DNA of 64,000 nt from a virus: positions 1-64,000 of the IMG/VR virus record IMGVR_UViG_3300027973_000043; one strand, 5' to 3'. Below the pieces are notes generated by a model, which had not been told where the DNA came from, made no database searches, and saw nothing but the letters and a program-made list of their open reading frames with translations. Position 1 is the first letter of the stretch, and each line of letters opens with the position of its first letter. Both the position numbers and the translations under genes were made by a program. Shown here piece after piece: positions 49,512 through 59,277 of this stretch.

Positions 49512-49877
49512 TTATTTTACATAATTTTCGTTCATCATCAACCATTCTAGAATTAACCAACAGCTAATATTCTGACTGACTGATAAAAATATTGCGTCCC
49601 TAGTATCTGAATATTTCTTATTCAACCAAAATGTCTGCATCGGATTGATACAAATATCACAATATTTATAAAGATCTTGACAAATGATTTTACAATCATC
49701 AAAATAATCATCTAATGTTATTTCATTTTCTTTATATTCATCCAAGGTTATATTGTCTATAAAATTATCAATTAGAGGTCCGATAACCTCAAATTTAAAA
49801 TCTTCGTCTACTAATGTTCTATCTCTTATTTCTTTCCAGTTCATGTTCTCAGTTCTATTTGTTGTGTCAATTTCCAT
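49512..49877 (-). CDS. Hypothetical protein
   Basis: ORF with TTGACA-N17-TAAAAT upstream. Confidence 0.55.
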   Translation of the reverse strand: MEIDTTNRTENMNWKEIRDRTLVDEDFKFEVIGPLIDNFIDNITLDEYKENEITLDDYFDDCKIICQDLYKYCDICINPMQTFWLNKKYSDTRDAIFLSVSQNISCWLILEWLMMNENYVK

Positions 49878-49916
49878 TAAAGGATTTTAACACAGTTAGA
49901 ACTGTTTGTCAACAAG

Positions 49917-49972
49917 AATCTCCGTGACCTTTTGTATGATTAAACATGTATTCATTGCGGATATAACATGTT
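49917..49972. repeat. Exact 56-bp copy of 55510..55565
   Basis: AATCTCCGTGACC ... GATATAACATGTT identical at both loci. Confidence 0.95.
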
Positions 49973-50191
49973 CGCCTCAGAATGACACTCTCCCAAGAAA
50001 GCATCGAGCGTTGGCTGATTGTCTTCCGTGAACTCAAATTCCGCCGCTTCCCGCATGATGCGATAGTAGGCGATAATTCGGGGTCTGTGGAGCGATCCCT
50101 GCTTGACCAGATTTCGGCATATCCACCTCAAAAGAAGGCGAACAAGTCGGTCGAGGACAAAGGGCGGGGCGGGGCGTGTTGGAGTTTCCAT
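49952..50191 (-). CDS. GC-rich, foreign-looking small ORF
   Basis: Abrupt GC rise; stop codon lies inside the duplicated 56 bp. Confidence 0.55.
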   Translation of the reverse strand: METPTRPAPPFVLDRLVRLLLRWICRNLVKQGSLHRPRIIAYYRIMREAAEFEFTEDNQPTLDAFLGECHSEANMLYPQ

Positions 50192-50208
50192 GTGGTTATA
50201 GAAAAGTT

Positions 50209-50643
50209 TTAAATTAAATTCGTTGTATATTTTTCTAAGATACCGGATAAACCTTCTACGTCAGTCCTATAGTCAATAAGCAACTGACTACCCTTTTTAA
50301 TATCTTTTGACGTTTGAAACCTCATTATTTTTCTATTATTCCATTCAATCAAATTATAGAGTACATTTGCATCATCACTGTGATTAAATATCTCACCATC
50401 ACCCAAGACTAAGCAGTCTTGTTTTGTATTTTTGTCAAAAACAAAGGTATAACACTTTAAATCTGTTTCATTAACTCTTGCGGTATCACTTGGAGACAAG
50501 ACTAAAATTTCACAATCTGATACAATCTCGCCTTGCTTGATGTCTCTCTCGGCAATAATGCCTCGTTCCATGCCTTCAATTATTTGAATAGAGTAAATAT
50601 GCTGCATAATCTTTTTATGTATAATATTTGAAAATCTACTCAA
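50209..50643 (-). CDS. SET-domain protein-lysine methyltransferase
   Basis: RGIIAERDIKQGE ... FNHSDDAN ... DIKKGSQLLIDY. Confidence 0.88.
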   Translation of the reverse strand: MSRFSNIIHKKIMQHIYSIQIIEGMERGIIAERDIKQGEIVSDCEILVLSPSDTARVNETDLKCYTFVFDKNTKQDCLVLGDGEIFNHSDDANVLYNLIEWNNRKIMRFQTSKDIKKGSQLLIDYRTDVEGLSGILEKYTTNLI

Positions 50644-51223
50644 TAGTAGAGTATCTTAATCTTTCTACTTCTTTTGGAGAAAGAGTTGCATACCAACCAC
50701 CATTAATACATTTAATTCCTGGCTCTCCTGTGTTTTCACAAGTTTTACTACATAGATATTCTGCAAAACTGACCATGCCAGCAACTTCTTTGTTGCCACC
50801 AGAGTAATAGAATCTTAAATCAGATAGTTTTGATTTAATCTGATTAATTTTTACTTCTGGTGGGTAAACTTTGTTGTATTTGACACATTTGTAATATTGT
50901 TGACGAAACTTCTCGACAAATGCAAAAAATGATTTGTTATACTCCCATTTATTATATTTTGGAAAGAATTTAATGAAATATTTATAACCCCAATTAAGAA
51001 AATCTGAACAACCTTTCCAAAAGTAATATTTGTTATTGATTACTACTCTTTTTGTATGAAAAGAATTTTTTGTATATGATGTGATAGCACCACATAAATT
51101 GTCAATAATAGTATGCCAGCCGTTAGGCGCAGATACACCACAAGGACAATCCAAACTTCCATCCTCTTTTTTATAAAAGAGGTCTGGATATTTTTCCATT
51201 AAATATTCTTCAAAGTTTTCCAT
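50636..51223 (-). CDS. Phage hypothetical protein
   Basis: GW..II ... QIKSKLSDLRFY ... CENTGEPG ... GGWY pattern. Confidence 0.6.
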   Translation of the reverse strand: MENFEEYLMEKYPDLFYKKEDGSLDCPCGVSAPNGWHTIIDNLCGAITSYTKNSFHTKRVVINNKYYFWKGCSDFLNWGYKYFIKFFPKYNKWEYNKSFFAFVEKFRQQYYKCVKYNKVYPPEVKINQIKSKLSDLRFYYSGGNKEVAGMVSFAEYLCSKTCENTGEPGIKCINGGWYATLSPKEVERLRYSTIE

Positions 51224-51285
51224 ATTTTATATTACTCCAAAAAAAGGCTTTTGTCAAAAGAAAAAAGGGGATTTCCCCCCTTTTT

Positions 51286-51552
51286 TTACTTTGTTGATAC
51301 AGTTGATGATTGTGTTTGAACTGTTCGACGGGGTGTGTATCGAACACCAGTAGAAAAAGAACCGTATGGTTCTATACCAAACACGTTTGTAGATGCACGA
51401 CCAGAAACTTGGTAGCCATTTTCAACACGCTCAGTGTTGAAGCCTACAGAAGCACTAGAACGTGCTTTCTCAAGCACTGCATTTGCAGTATCTTTTACTG
51501 ATGAGCAAGATACAAACATTAGGGTTGTTACGAATAATAGTAATTTTTTCAT
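51286..51552 (-). CDS. Small lipoprotein
   Basis: MKKLLLFVTTLMFVS|C lipobox-like signal; followed by a GGGG/CCCC terminator. Confidence 0.7.
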   Translation of the reverse strand: MKKLLLFVTTLMFVSCSSVKDTANAVLEKARSSASVGFNTERVENGYQVSGRASTNVFGIEPYGSFSTGVRYTPRRTVQTQSSTVSTK

Positions 51553-51635
51553 AGACTTTAACTTATCACTTTTTGAGTTATTTTCAAGTTATTTTTTTAT
51601 AATTTTTATACAAAGAAACAGATGTTGTATTATCA

Positions 51636-51911
51636 TTACACATCTTCTAGAATTTCTTCATCATTTTTTAATAAATTTTGCTTAAACATTGGTTCAAGTT
51701 CATTATTAGAATCACGAACTCCTACTACATTAACCATTTTTGATCGCATTAAAGAAAGAAGCGATTCTTTCACTATTGCTTTACCAAACCAATCTTTTAA
51801 AAAGATTTCTTCACTTCCTCTAATCTCAAATTTATGAACACATTCCATAAGGTGTTCATATAGTTCTGGGTCTGCTTGTTTTAGTCCGTTATCAATGTCG
51901 ATGTCTTTCAT
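51636..51911 (-). CDS. Hypothetical protein
   Basis: ORF track. Confidence 0.55.
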   Translation of the reverse strand: MKDIDIDNGLKQADPELYEHLMECVHKFEIRGSEEIFLKDWFGKAIVKESLLSLMRSKMVNVVGVRDSNNELEPMFKQNLLKNDEEILEDV

Positions 51912-51920
51912 AGAGTTGTA

Positions 51921-52655
51921 TTATATAGAGGAATCAGGGCTTGTCAACACAAAATATTGATAATGTTCATGAATACCTAAGCATTTGAAAGTCGTATTTT
52001 CGTACTGAGTGGTTAAAGATTTGTGAAAATGTCCATAACAAAACCACTTAGGTTTAGTCCATTCCCAAAGTTTATCCATAGATTGACTTTCAATAATCAA
52101 ATCATTGATTAAATCAGGGTCTTGATCGCACCAATACTTAATATTATCAAATCCCTTGAATGCACCACAAACGGATGGGCGTGTATGTGTAACAACCAAG
52201 TCATACTCTCGATCTTTGTAAGGAAATTGATCTTCTAGCTTGAGGTTGAAGTTTTCGTCACTCCACCATGTTTTACCTTCTATTCGAAAGCGACGATCAA
52301 TGCTCACTGCACCACCAACAAGCAGAATACTTTTATCAAGTAGATCAAGTTCTGAATAGTCTTCTAATAATGTAATATTACTAAAATCAAATGGATTATT
52401 TGTTTGGTTGAAATAAGATGGATTACAATGATTACCTCTAATCATATATAAATGAAGATTATTTTTAAATAAAGTTTCTTGTAAAGGTTTTATTAATCTT
52501 TTTTCTTCATTTGGATGATGAAATCCAAATCCGGTATCACCACATTGAATTATATATGCGTCAGTATAACCGTATCTTTTAATATCGTAGTTCAAACGTG
52601 GGAATTCCCCGTGTATGTCTCCGACAAGAATAATTTGATCTTTAGTGTCTTTCAT
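51921..52655 (-). CDS. Calcineurin-like metallophosphoesterase
   Basis: GDIHG, CGD, RGNH, VTH and GHFH motifs. Confidence 0.92.
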   Translation of the reverse strand: MKDTKDQIILVGDIHGEFPRLNYDIKRYGYTDAYIIQCGDTGFGFHHPNEEKRLIKPLQETLFKNNLHLYMIRGNHCNPSYFNQTNNPFDFSNITLLEDYSELDLLDKSILLVGGAVSIDRRFRIEGKTWWSDENFNLKLEDQFPYKDREYDLVVTHTRPSVCGAFKGFDNIKYWCDQDPDLINDLIIESQSMDKLWEWTKPKWFCYGHFHKSLTTQYENTTFKCLGIHEHYQYFVLTSPDSSI

Positions 52656-52711
52656 GACAAATATTTAAATGAGATATTATAATAGAGCAAGAGATATTAT
52701 CAAAGCTCATA

Positions 52712-53221
52712 TTATTTGATCATTAAGTAGTTATGCAGCATAATATCATTAGGCTTTGGAACTAATTTATCTGGAATTCTCGCATCATAGATTTCTTTTT
52801 TTGCTCCGTGCATAGTTTTTCCGTCACGTTCACATTTTGCAATGATAACTCCCGCAGGACTTCTACTGTATCCAGCAAAGCAATGAACCAACAAGTGTTC
52901 ATCAGGAGACAAACTACGAATAAACTCAAGCAATTTTTGTATATATGTTTCGTTCGGTGCATTTTTTGTACCATTTGGGTTGAATTTAATTGAATCAAAA
53001 GTTTCATCATCAAAGTCTAACATTAAGTATTTCTTACCTTCACGAAACTTTTGAGACAAGTAATGACCAAGAGAAATGATTACATCATAATCTTTTGCAT
53101 ATTTCTCTGCATTAGCAAAGTCTGTGTAGTGGTTAATTGTGTTTATGTTATTTAATTCTAATTTACTCTTTAGTTCCACTAAGTTTTGTAAAAATGTCAA
53201 GGACTTTCTTTTGAATTTCAT
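52712..53221 (-). CDS. Second Cys-based phosphatase
   Basis: FDD ... VHCFAGYSRS ... PN; true start uncertain. Confidence 0.85.
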   Translation of the reverse strand: MKFKRKSLTFLQNLVELKSKLELNNINTINHYTDFANAEKYAKDYDVIISLGHYLSQKFREGKKYLMLDFDDETFDSIKFNPNGTKNAPNETYIQKLLEFIRSLSPDEHLLVHCFAGYSRSPAGVIIAKCERDGKTMHGAKKEIYDARIPDKLVPKPNDIMLHNYLMIK

Positions 53222-54230
53222 TCTGACTCAGTTCAAGAAGATTATACTTAGGAATATTTTTAATTTCCTTCATAATATTACCAACTAGCTTACCATCTTT
53301 TTCAGTTAAATTAAACCACTCCATTACAAGCTTGCCATTAACTTTTTCTTTAATTACTTTACTAACTTCATAAAGCAATCGAAAACCGTCAACGGTACGT
53401 TGTAGTTGTGGATACTTGCACTGCATAATCAAACTATATTCATGTTTGCTGCGGAATGGTTCACCAACTTTGTTAGAGTCTGATACATATTCAACGAAGC
53501 GCATATACATGCCCCTCTTTCTATTCCTCGTTCTATTTATATGATTTAAATTTTCTAATAAAAATAACTCTTTGTTGAAATATTTTGAATCAATTACAAA
53601 ATCAAAAGCATCTTCTTCTGTATCAAAGCCTCTCTTCCAAACATCATAATCAAAACCTCCAATTTTACAAATCTCTTTCATATCTCTTGTTAATACAACT
53701 TTCTCGTAGATATGATCACTGTCACTCCATTGAAGATTGTTATCAACCAAGCCTTGACGAATCCAGAATGAAAGACCAGAGTGACCAAAATGTAATCCCA
53801 TTTTGTGAAAGACTCTGCCCATTAAATTAGATGTGTCGCCCCAAGAACAATAGTTATAAGAAGATTCAAATTCATCTTCGGGATAAAACGTGACATCTAC
53901 CTGAAAACTTTGGTATGGAAAAGAATAGACGTTACTATTCTTATAAGGCTTATATCCAAATTCTTTTTCTAAATATTCTGAAAAGTCTTTGTAATCTTTC
54001 CAAGAAATCAAAATTGACGGATCAGAATAACATTGAACCAGTATATCTAAATCACCATGAGTATCTTTATTTCTGAGAGATGGAGCAACTGCTACACGAT
54101 TAAAACATGGTCTGTTAACTTTCATATCTGAATGAAACTTGTTAATAAGTTTATGTTTCATTATTTCATATTCATCAGTAGGAATACGTTTTTCTGGAAG
54201 ATTCCAAGTTTTAAGTAAATTGCCTCCCAT
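53163..54230 (-). CDS. Nucleotidyltransferase-fold (Pol-beta-like) protein
   Basis: MGGN start, HGDLDIL, FQVD. Confidence 0.65.
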   Translation of the reverse strand: MGGNLLKTWNLPEKRIPTDEYEIMKHKLINKFHSDMKVNRPCFNRVAVAPSLRNKDTHGDLDILVQCYSDPSILISWKDYKDFSEYLEKEFGYKPYKNSNVYSFPYQSFQVDVTFYPEDEFESSYNYCSWGDTSNLMGRVFHKMGLHFGHSGLSFWIRQGLVDNNLQWSDSDHIYEKVVLTRDMKEICKIGGFDYDVWKRGFDTEEDAFDFVIDSKYFNKELFLLENLNHINRTRNRKRGMYMRFVEYVSDSNKVGEPFRSKHEYSLIMQCKYPQLQRTVDGFRLLYEVSKVIKEKVNGKLVMEWFNLTEKDGKLVGNIMKEIKNIPKYNLLELSQNEIQKKVLDIFTKLSGTKE

Positions 54231-54282
54231 AATATTTAATTTGTTCTCTTAAACTTAAAGAGTTTTCGCTTCTTGTCAACAG

Positions 54283-54975
54283 TTAATATCCAAAAGCTTC
54301 AATAGTGTATTTGAAAGGATTACCCTCAATGTTTTTAACAAGATCAAGCATTGTAGCTGCAATGTCACGAATTTCTTTTTGAGCATCTGGCTTGTTGCGA
54401 AGCTCCAAGAAGTGATAAAAACTTCTCCAATTGAACATTACATCAGCTTGAATCTGAGAATTGTATGTTTTGAAGAATCGAGCACTTTCTTTTGAGCGTT
54501 TGCGACCAAGAACAGGTTCAAGGTCTTTGAGACATTGGTGATATAGTTTGTTACCTAATTCAGTATAATCCGCAAGAATTTTACACCAAAGTTCTTTTTC
54601 TGGTAGTGGTTCAGCACACCATCCAATCATATCAATATTGTGAGCTTCACTAGAAATGATGTCTTTCCAATCTTCAGGAATGTAATACTTATCTTCCTTC
54701 AACTCTTTATACCTAGCACTCTCACCATTGATTGAAACGCCAACTCGGTGCTTGAGTAAATGAATATGACTTGCAATGTCACAATCCACAAGAAAATGAA
54801 GAGAAGATTTTTCAAAAGGTGTATGATGTCCATGATCTGCAAGCATTTTTAGTACGTTAGGAATGCGCCCACGTTTGTCATCTGTAAGGTCACGACTTGT
54901 AGAGGTCCAGGCAGAACATGCGTGAATTTCGTCGCTGCCATAATGTCCTAAAAGGATAATGTTATTGTTTGTCAT
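54283..54975 (-). CDS. thyX: FAD-dependent thymidylate synthase
   Basis: HHTPFE, KHR..SINGESARY, ESAR, FLELR ... AQKEIR; start reassigned to MTNNN. Confidence 0.92.
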   Translation of the reverse strand: MTNNNIILLGHYGSDEIHACSAWTSTSRDLTDDKRGRIPNVLKMLADHGHHTPFEKSSLHFLVDCDIASHIHLLKHRVGVSINGESARYKELKEDKYYIPEDWKDIISSEAHNIDMIGWCAEPLPEKELWCKILADYTELGNKLYHQCLKDLEPVLGRKRSKESARFFKTYNSQIQADVMFNWRSFYHFLELRNKPDAQKEIRDIAATMLDLVKNIEGNPFKYTIEAFGY

Positions 54976-55594
54976 ATTTTGTTTCATAAATGTAATGATC
55001 TGAAGTTTCAATCTTACGACTGTTTTCAACTGTATAAGTATTTGTATCAATTAGATACCCAGGATTTTTTTCAATTCTATTTTTTATCCATGCATCATCA
55101 TACCAGAGCACTCTGTTGTTAGGATAAGCAAAATAATTACCTTCATCCATTTTAAATACATGAGCACATTTATGTTCTGCTGTTTCAGAAAAATTTACAT
55201 CTGTAGCACCAGATTTATTTTCCCAAGACCAATCAAGAGTAAACATATAAACGCCTTGTAATTTATCATGTTTGTATGTTATCAATTCTGCACGAAGACC
55301 TGATAACCGTTGTCTCACTTGAACATCAATATATGGAGAAAAACAATCCCAATGCATATGCTCATTTAAAGGTCTTACTGGAGCATCTGTTTTCCAACAA
55401 AATGCATTAATAGGTCTGCGTGTCCAGTTGACTCCATTTTCAAGAAAAGCTTCAAATAGTGGTGTTCGTTTTTCAATAGATGCCACGCTATGTATATCAC
55501 ATAACGTGAAATCTCCGTGACCTTTTGTATGATTAAACATGTATTCATTGCGGATATAACATGTTATGACAGGAATATTATGATTAAGATACAT
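54962..55594 (-). CDS. Phage hypothetical protein
   Basis: YLNHNIP ... WDCFS ... YMFTLDW ... EHKC.H ... PNNR. Confidence 0.7.
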   Translation of the reverse strand: MYLNHNIPVITCYIRNEYMFNHTKGHGDFTLCDIHSVASIEKRTPLFEAFLENGVNWTRRPINAFCWKTDAPVRPLNEHMHWDCFSPYIDVQVRQRLSGLRAELITYKHDKLQGVYMFTLDWSWENKSGATDVNFSETAEHKCAHVFKMDEGNYFAYPNNRVLWYDDAWIKNRIEKNPGYLIDTNTYTVENSRKIETSDHYIYETKYDKQ

Positions 55595-55769
55595 AAATAT
55601 AATTCATTTCTATTAAACTAATATACTCTATTCGTTGCTAATAGCATTTTCACTTTTATTTAAAAGTGTTTTAATTTTTAAAATTAAAGGTGTAATTTTT
55701 TTACACCAATTACAAGAGCAATTTTTATTATTCATAGTATATTATATACTATGAATAATGTCTGTCAAC

Positions 55770-56129
55770 TTAATTTAAGGAAAGAAGATATAATAATCGG
55801 TTAAATTCACCTTCAATTTCATCTTTAATATTTAATAAATCTTTATCTTCTTCTTTTAATACAGTTGTCAACTCTTTCATGAGTTGATCACGAAAACCTT
55901 TAACTGTTTCTTTAATATCTCCAGCATATGTTTCTGCTTTAATAATATATTCAGGAGCATTTGTTGGACGACCGTATTTTCCGTAATAAACTTCTACAAA
56001 AGAATCAAACAATTCATCAAGATTTTCATATGCTTTTTGTAATGCTTTATGTTCAGCATAACTTGTAGTTTGCCAATGAAATATTTTTAATTGAGAAATT
56101 GTTGTAAGAAAAGGAGTAAGACGAACCAT
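55770..56129 (-). CDS. Ferritin/Dps-like four-helix protein (DUF5856-like)
   Basis: HWQT.SYAEHKAL..Y ... D.FVE.Y.GKYG ... LLNIKDE ... YLL. Confidence 0.8.
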   Translation of the reverse strand: MVRLTPFLTTISQLKIFHWQTTSYAEHKALQKAYENLDELFDSFVEVYYGKYGRPTNAPEYIIKAETYAGDIKETVKGFRDQLMKELTTVLKEEDKDLLNIKDEIEGEFNRLLYLLSLN

Positions 56130-56144
56130 ACTTTTATTTACTAA

Positions 56145-56426
56145 TTATTCTTCTTGTTTCTCTTCTTCATCTTCTTCTTCTGAACTTTCATCAGAAATCA
56201 AATCATAAACAAAGTCAGATACTTCTTCAATAAATTCCTTCCATTCATCTTCATCTGATGGCGAAATACTTTGAAATTCTTCTAAAATTTCATCATAGAA
56301 AACAACAGATTCATCTTTTAATTCAATTGCCAAATTGACAAATTTATTAATTTGACGATTAGTGATTTCTATTCCTGAATCATCTGCAAGATTTTCTAAA
56401 TGGGATTTTAATTCATCTTTATTCAT
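56145..56426 (-). CDS. Small, very acidic protein
   Basis: 93-aa D/E-rich ORF. Confidence 0.6.
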   Translation of the reverse strand: MNKDELKSHLENLADDSGIEITNRQINKFVNLAIELKDESVVFYDEILEEFQSISPSDEDEWKEFIEEVSDFVYDLISDESSEEEDEEEKQEE

Positions 56427-56456
56427 ACTGTTTGATTTTATTTACCTTTTAAATAC

Positions 56457-56496
56457 AAAAAAGCGTCTCTAGATTTTAGTCAAGAGACGCTTTTTT
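56457..56496. terminator. Intrinsic terminator
   Basis: AAAAAAGCGTCTCT ... AGAGACGCTTTTTT. Confidence 0.8.
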
Positions 56497-56503
56497 TATT
56501 TTT

Positions 56504-56947
56504 TTAAGCAGAAAGTTCTGCTGATGTATAAACTAAAACAGAATTAGAATCTTCAAAAGGATCATCACTCTGATTTGATTGTTCATTTGAACTTGAAACT
56601 TCAATAGAAGTATTAGAAAGTGCTTCAATTAGCACTTCATCTTCTTGAACAGAAGTTTCAGCTTTAACTGTTTCACTATGATTCTTTTTCGCCTTTACAG
56701 TGCATTTGAGAGCCTTGGCAACATTAAGATGAATGCCATACTTCATAACAGCTTGTTCAGGAGATAGTTCTTCATCAGTAATAAGACGACGACCTGCACG
56801 ACTTACATAAGAAGAATCAAGTTCCTCATTTGTAATACCGTAGCGGGTTGCCAACACGGCGAACTGCTTAGGGTTTGTCTTGACGATTTCTCCTGTCACC
56901 TTGCAAGTGAAGGAATAGCGGTTTTCGGGGTTTGATGGTTTAGCCAT
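56504..56947 (-). CDS. Hypothetical protein with an acidic tail
   Basis: Monocistronic, with its own promoter and terminator. Confidence 0.65.
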   Translation of the reverse strand: MAKPSNPENRYSFTCKVTGEIVKTNPKQFAVLATRYGITNEELDSSYVSRAGRRLITDEELSPEQAVMKYGIHLNVAKALKCTVKAKKNHSETVKAETSVQEDEVLIEALSNTSIEVSSSNEQSNQSDDPFEDSNSVLVYTSAELSA

Positions 56948-57070
56948 ATGTTTGTTTTGTTTATTTGTTATAGTCTTCCGTAATGGAATTAATATATTAT
57001 AACATATAAAAAGGGGTTGTCAAAAGCTTTTTAATACTAAAATCAACATTTTATTGTTAAAACTTTAAAA

Positions 57071-57105
57071 AATAAAAAGACGAGTATTTCTACTCGTCTT
57101 TTTAT
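57071..57105. terminator. Intrinsic terminator
   Basis: AATAAAAAGACGAGTA-TTTC-TACTCGTCTTTTTATT. Confidence 0.8.
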
Positions 57106-57158
57106 TAATTTAATATTTTATTACAAATACTTGTTAAGATTATTTCGAACCAGTTATT

Positions 57159-57539
57159 TTATTTGTCTGCTGTATCAAAAATTTTAACCAACTCAAAATC
57201 TTTGATAAGATTCTCTGCTGGTTCTATATCAACATTGATCCATAAAAAGTAATCAGTATCTTGAGTATTCATTGTAGATGCTCCAATGTCATAATACATC
57301 TTGCCTGTAGCATAATCTCGCTCATCTCTCAAGATGCAGACATAATGAGAATTTTTTGCAGCTAGACATAATTGTAAAATTTCTTCAACAGTTTTGTTGG
57401 TGGGTCGTCTGCACGAAGATTCACAACAATTCAATTCATCAACTCTAACATCAAAAGCAACACTCATAGCTTTGCGTAAGAAATCTTCTTTTGCATCAAT
57501 GGCGTATAGTTTATAAGCTGCTTGTCTAATTTGATTCAT
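57159..57539 (-). CDS. Hypothetical protein
   Basis: ORF track. Confidence 0.6.
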   Translation of the reverse strand: MNQIRQAAYKLYAIDAKEDFLRKAMSVAFDVRVDELNCCESSCRRPTNKTVEEILQLCLAAKNSHYVCILRDERDYATGKMYYDIGASTMNTQDTDYFLWINVDIEPAENLIKDFELVKIFDTADK

Positions 57540-57549
57540 AGTTTAACGG

Positions 57550-57771
57550 TTAAAAAGAGATTTTAGCTTTGCTTCCAAGAATAACTCCAGATACACTGTT
57601 AGGAGCATTTAGCTTTACAGTGATTGTGTTATCATTCATATCAGCACCATCAATAGTGCAATCTCGAAGATTAGTTTCTGAACTTTCGTTATTATCTATA
57701 CTTTCCCATTTAATATTGTGCAATACTTTACGCAGTTTTTCTTTAAACCAATCAAGTTCTTCTTTTGTCAT
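57550..57771 (-). CDS. Hypothetical protein
   Basis: ORF track. Confidence 0.55.
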   Translation of the reverse strand: MTKEELDWFKEKLRKVLHNIKWESIDNNESSETNLRDCTIDGADMNDNTITVKLNAPNSVSGVILGSKAKISF

Positions 57772-57775
57772 ATGT

Positions 57776-58027
57776 TTATAAATTTAATAATTTGTTTTTT
57801 AATTCTTCTTCAAAAGTCATTTCAAGCCACTGAAAAGGACGTTCAGGATCAAATAAATGACTCATATAATGTTTGTTGTTTTTAAAAATACTACATGTAT
57901 CAATTAATACATCTTCAAAAATATCCCTATAACAATAAATGGAACATTGTTTTTTCTCGAAAACTACTTCATAACCATTTTTACGAAGAAATTCTGCCAT
58001 TTCTTCTCTTGTAAAATTTATATTCAT
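57776..58027 (-). CDS. Hypothetical protein
   Basis: ORF track. Confidence 0.55.
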   Translation of the reverse strand: MNINFTREEMAEFLRKNGYEVVFEKKQCSIYCYRDIFEDVLIDTCSIFKNNKHYMSHLFDPERPFQWLEMTFEEELKNKLLNL

Positions 58028-58028
58028 A

Positions 58029-59195
58029 TTAGAATCCTCGATTTTGACGAATAGGAGTGCCTGTTAAAACTGAACCGTTACGATGTTTAATTGTAAATCC
58101 TTTTCGATTTTGTTCAAAAAATACAATATCGTTACCATTCCACTGAAAAAATTTACCTTTTTCAGCACTTTTATCTTTTGAGTAAAGAAAGCAGTGTACA
58201 CTTGGATATTGTGAAGTGTCTTTACAGTAATCATCAAATGGTTTACAATATAATGATATATAAACACTGTCAGTAAAAATACAAAGATTATCAAATTCTT
58301 GTTTGTTTTCTAAAGACAACTCTTCATCATTCATTAAAGAATAACACAAGTCATTTGCACGTTCAATTTCATTTTTGTCTTTAAGACTTTTCTTTGGAAT
58401 TGCTATTTTAGTAGTTAATTGAACAGTATATGTATCAGGGCGTTCTACACAAACATTAAAGAACTCTGAAAAGTCTTTTGGTAGTTCGTTGTAAAGATTA
58501 CATTCATCAATTATACAAACAAGAGAATCAACAGATAATTGTGGTAAAATAGATAATTGGTTTTTAACAATTTCAGCATTGTTTTTAAGTTTTAATCGGT
58601 CATCAATAATCTCACAAATAAGTTCTTCTGAAAGAAAATCATAGTGTTTATGATAACGCACACGGCTAGGACGAGAATTAAAAAACTCTCCAATATCAGA
58701 TGAATTAGATGTTAGTAAAAATAAATGTCTAGATTTTGCAACACCATCTAATACACTCAAGAAAAAGTTTCGAGACTCCTCACTGTCATAAATCTTTTCA
58801 AACTCATCAATAAAAATAATTGACGGGGTTTTAATACTTTCAAAAAATTCCAAAAAATTACAATCGTTAAAAGCTTCTGTTAAAAGAATAATAGGCATAT
58901 TACTTTTAACACAAATAGATTTCGCTTCTACAGTTTTACCAGTGCCTTTTGGGCCAGAAAGTAAAACTCCCATACCTTTTTTAAAAGACTGATATGTATT
59001 TAATACTCGATCTGGAAAATTAGAATTGCCGTAAATTTTCTTTGGTAAATCCATTTTTTCACGTTCAATCAAATGAAATCCTTTTAATTGAGAGTAGGAA
59101 ATTGCATAATTTCCAACTTCTAAAGAACCTTTAATACTTTCTGCATCAAGAATAGATGTTATTTTACCGTTTTTAATATAGTGAGTTTCAGACAT
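58029..59195 (-). CDS. AAA+ ATPase
   Basis: GPKGTGKT, IFIDEFEK, LDG and RPSR motifs. Confidence 0.9.
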   Translation of the reverse strand: MSETHYIKNGKITSILDAESIKGSLEVGNYAISYSQLKGFHLIEREKMDLPKKIYGNSNFPDRVLNTYQSFKKGMGVLLSGPKGTGKTVEAKSICVKSNMPIILLTEAFNDCNFLEFFESIKTPSIIFIDEFEKIYDSEESRNFFLSVLDGVAKSRHLFLLTSNSSDIGEFFNSRPSRVRYHKHYDFLSEELICEIIDDRLKLKNNAEIVKNQLSILPQLSVDSLVCIIDECNLYNELPKDFSEFFNVCVERPDTYTVQLTTKIAIPKKSLKDKNEIERANDLCYSLMNDEELSLENKQEFDNLCIFTDSVYISLYCKPFDDYCKDTSQYPSVHCFLYSKDKSAEKGKFFQWNGNDIVFFEQNRKGFTIKHRNGSVLTGTPIRQNRGF

Positions 59196-59277
59196 ATTTT
59201 ATAGTATCATATTTTATCATGTTTGCAAGAGAAAAAAACGTCTTTAAAATTTTAAAGACGTTTTAACATTTAATACT

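Noticed and set aside
49917-55565. 56-bp repeat pair as DGR TR/VR or attL/attR sites
   Set aside because: Copies are identical, no reverse transcriptase or integrase is nearby, and the enclosed genes look native.
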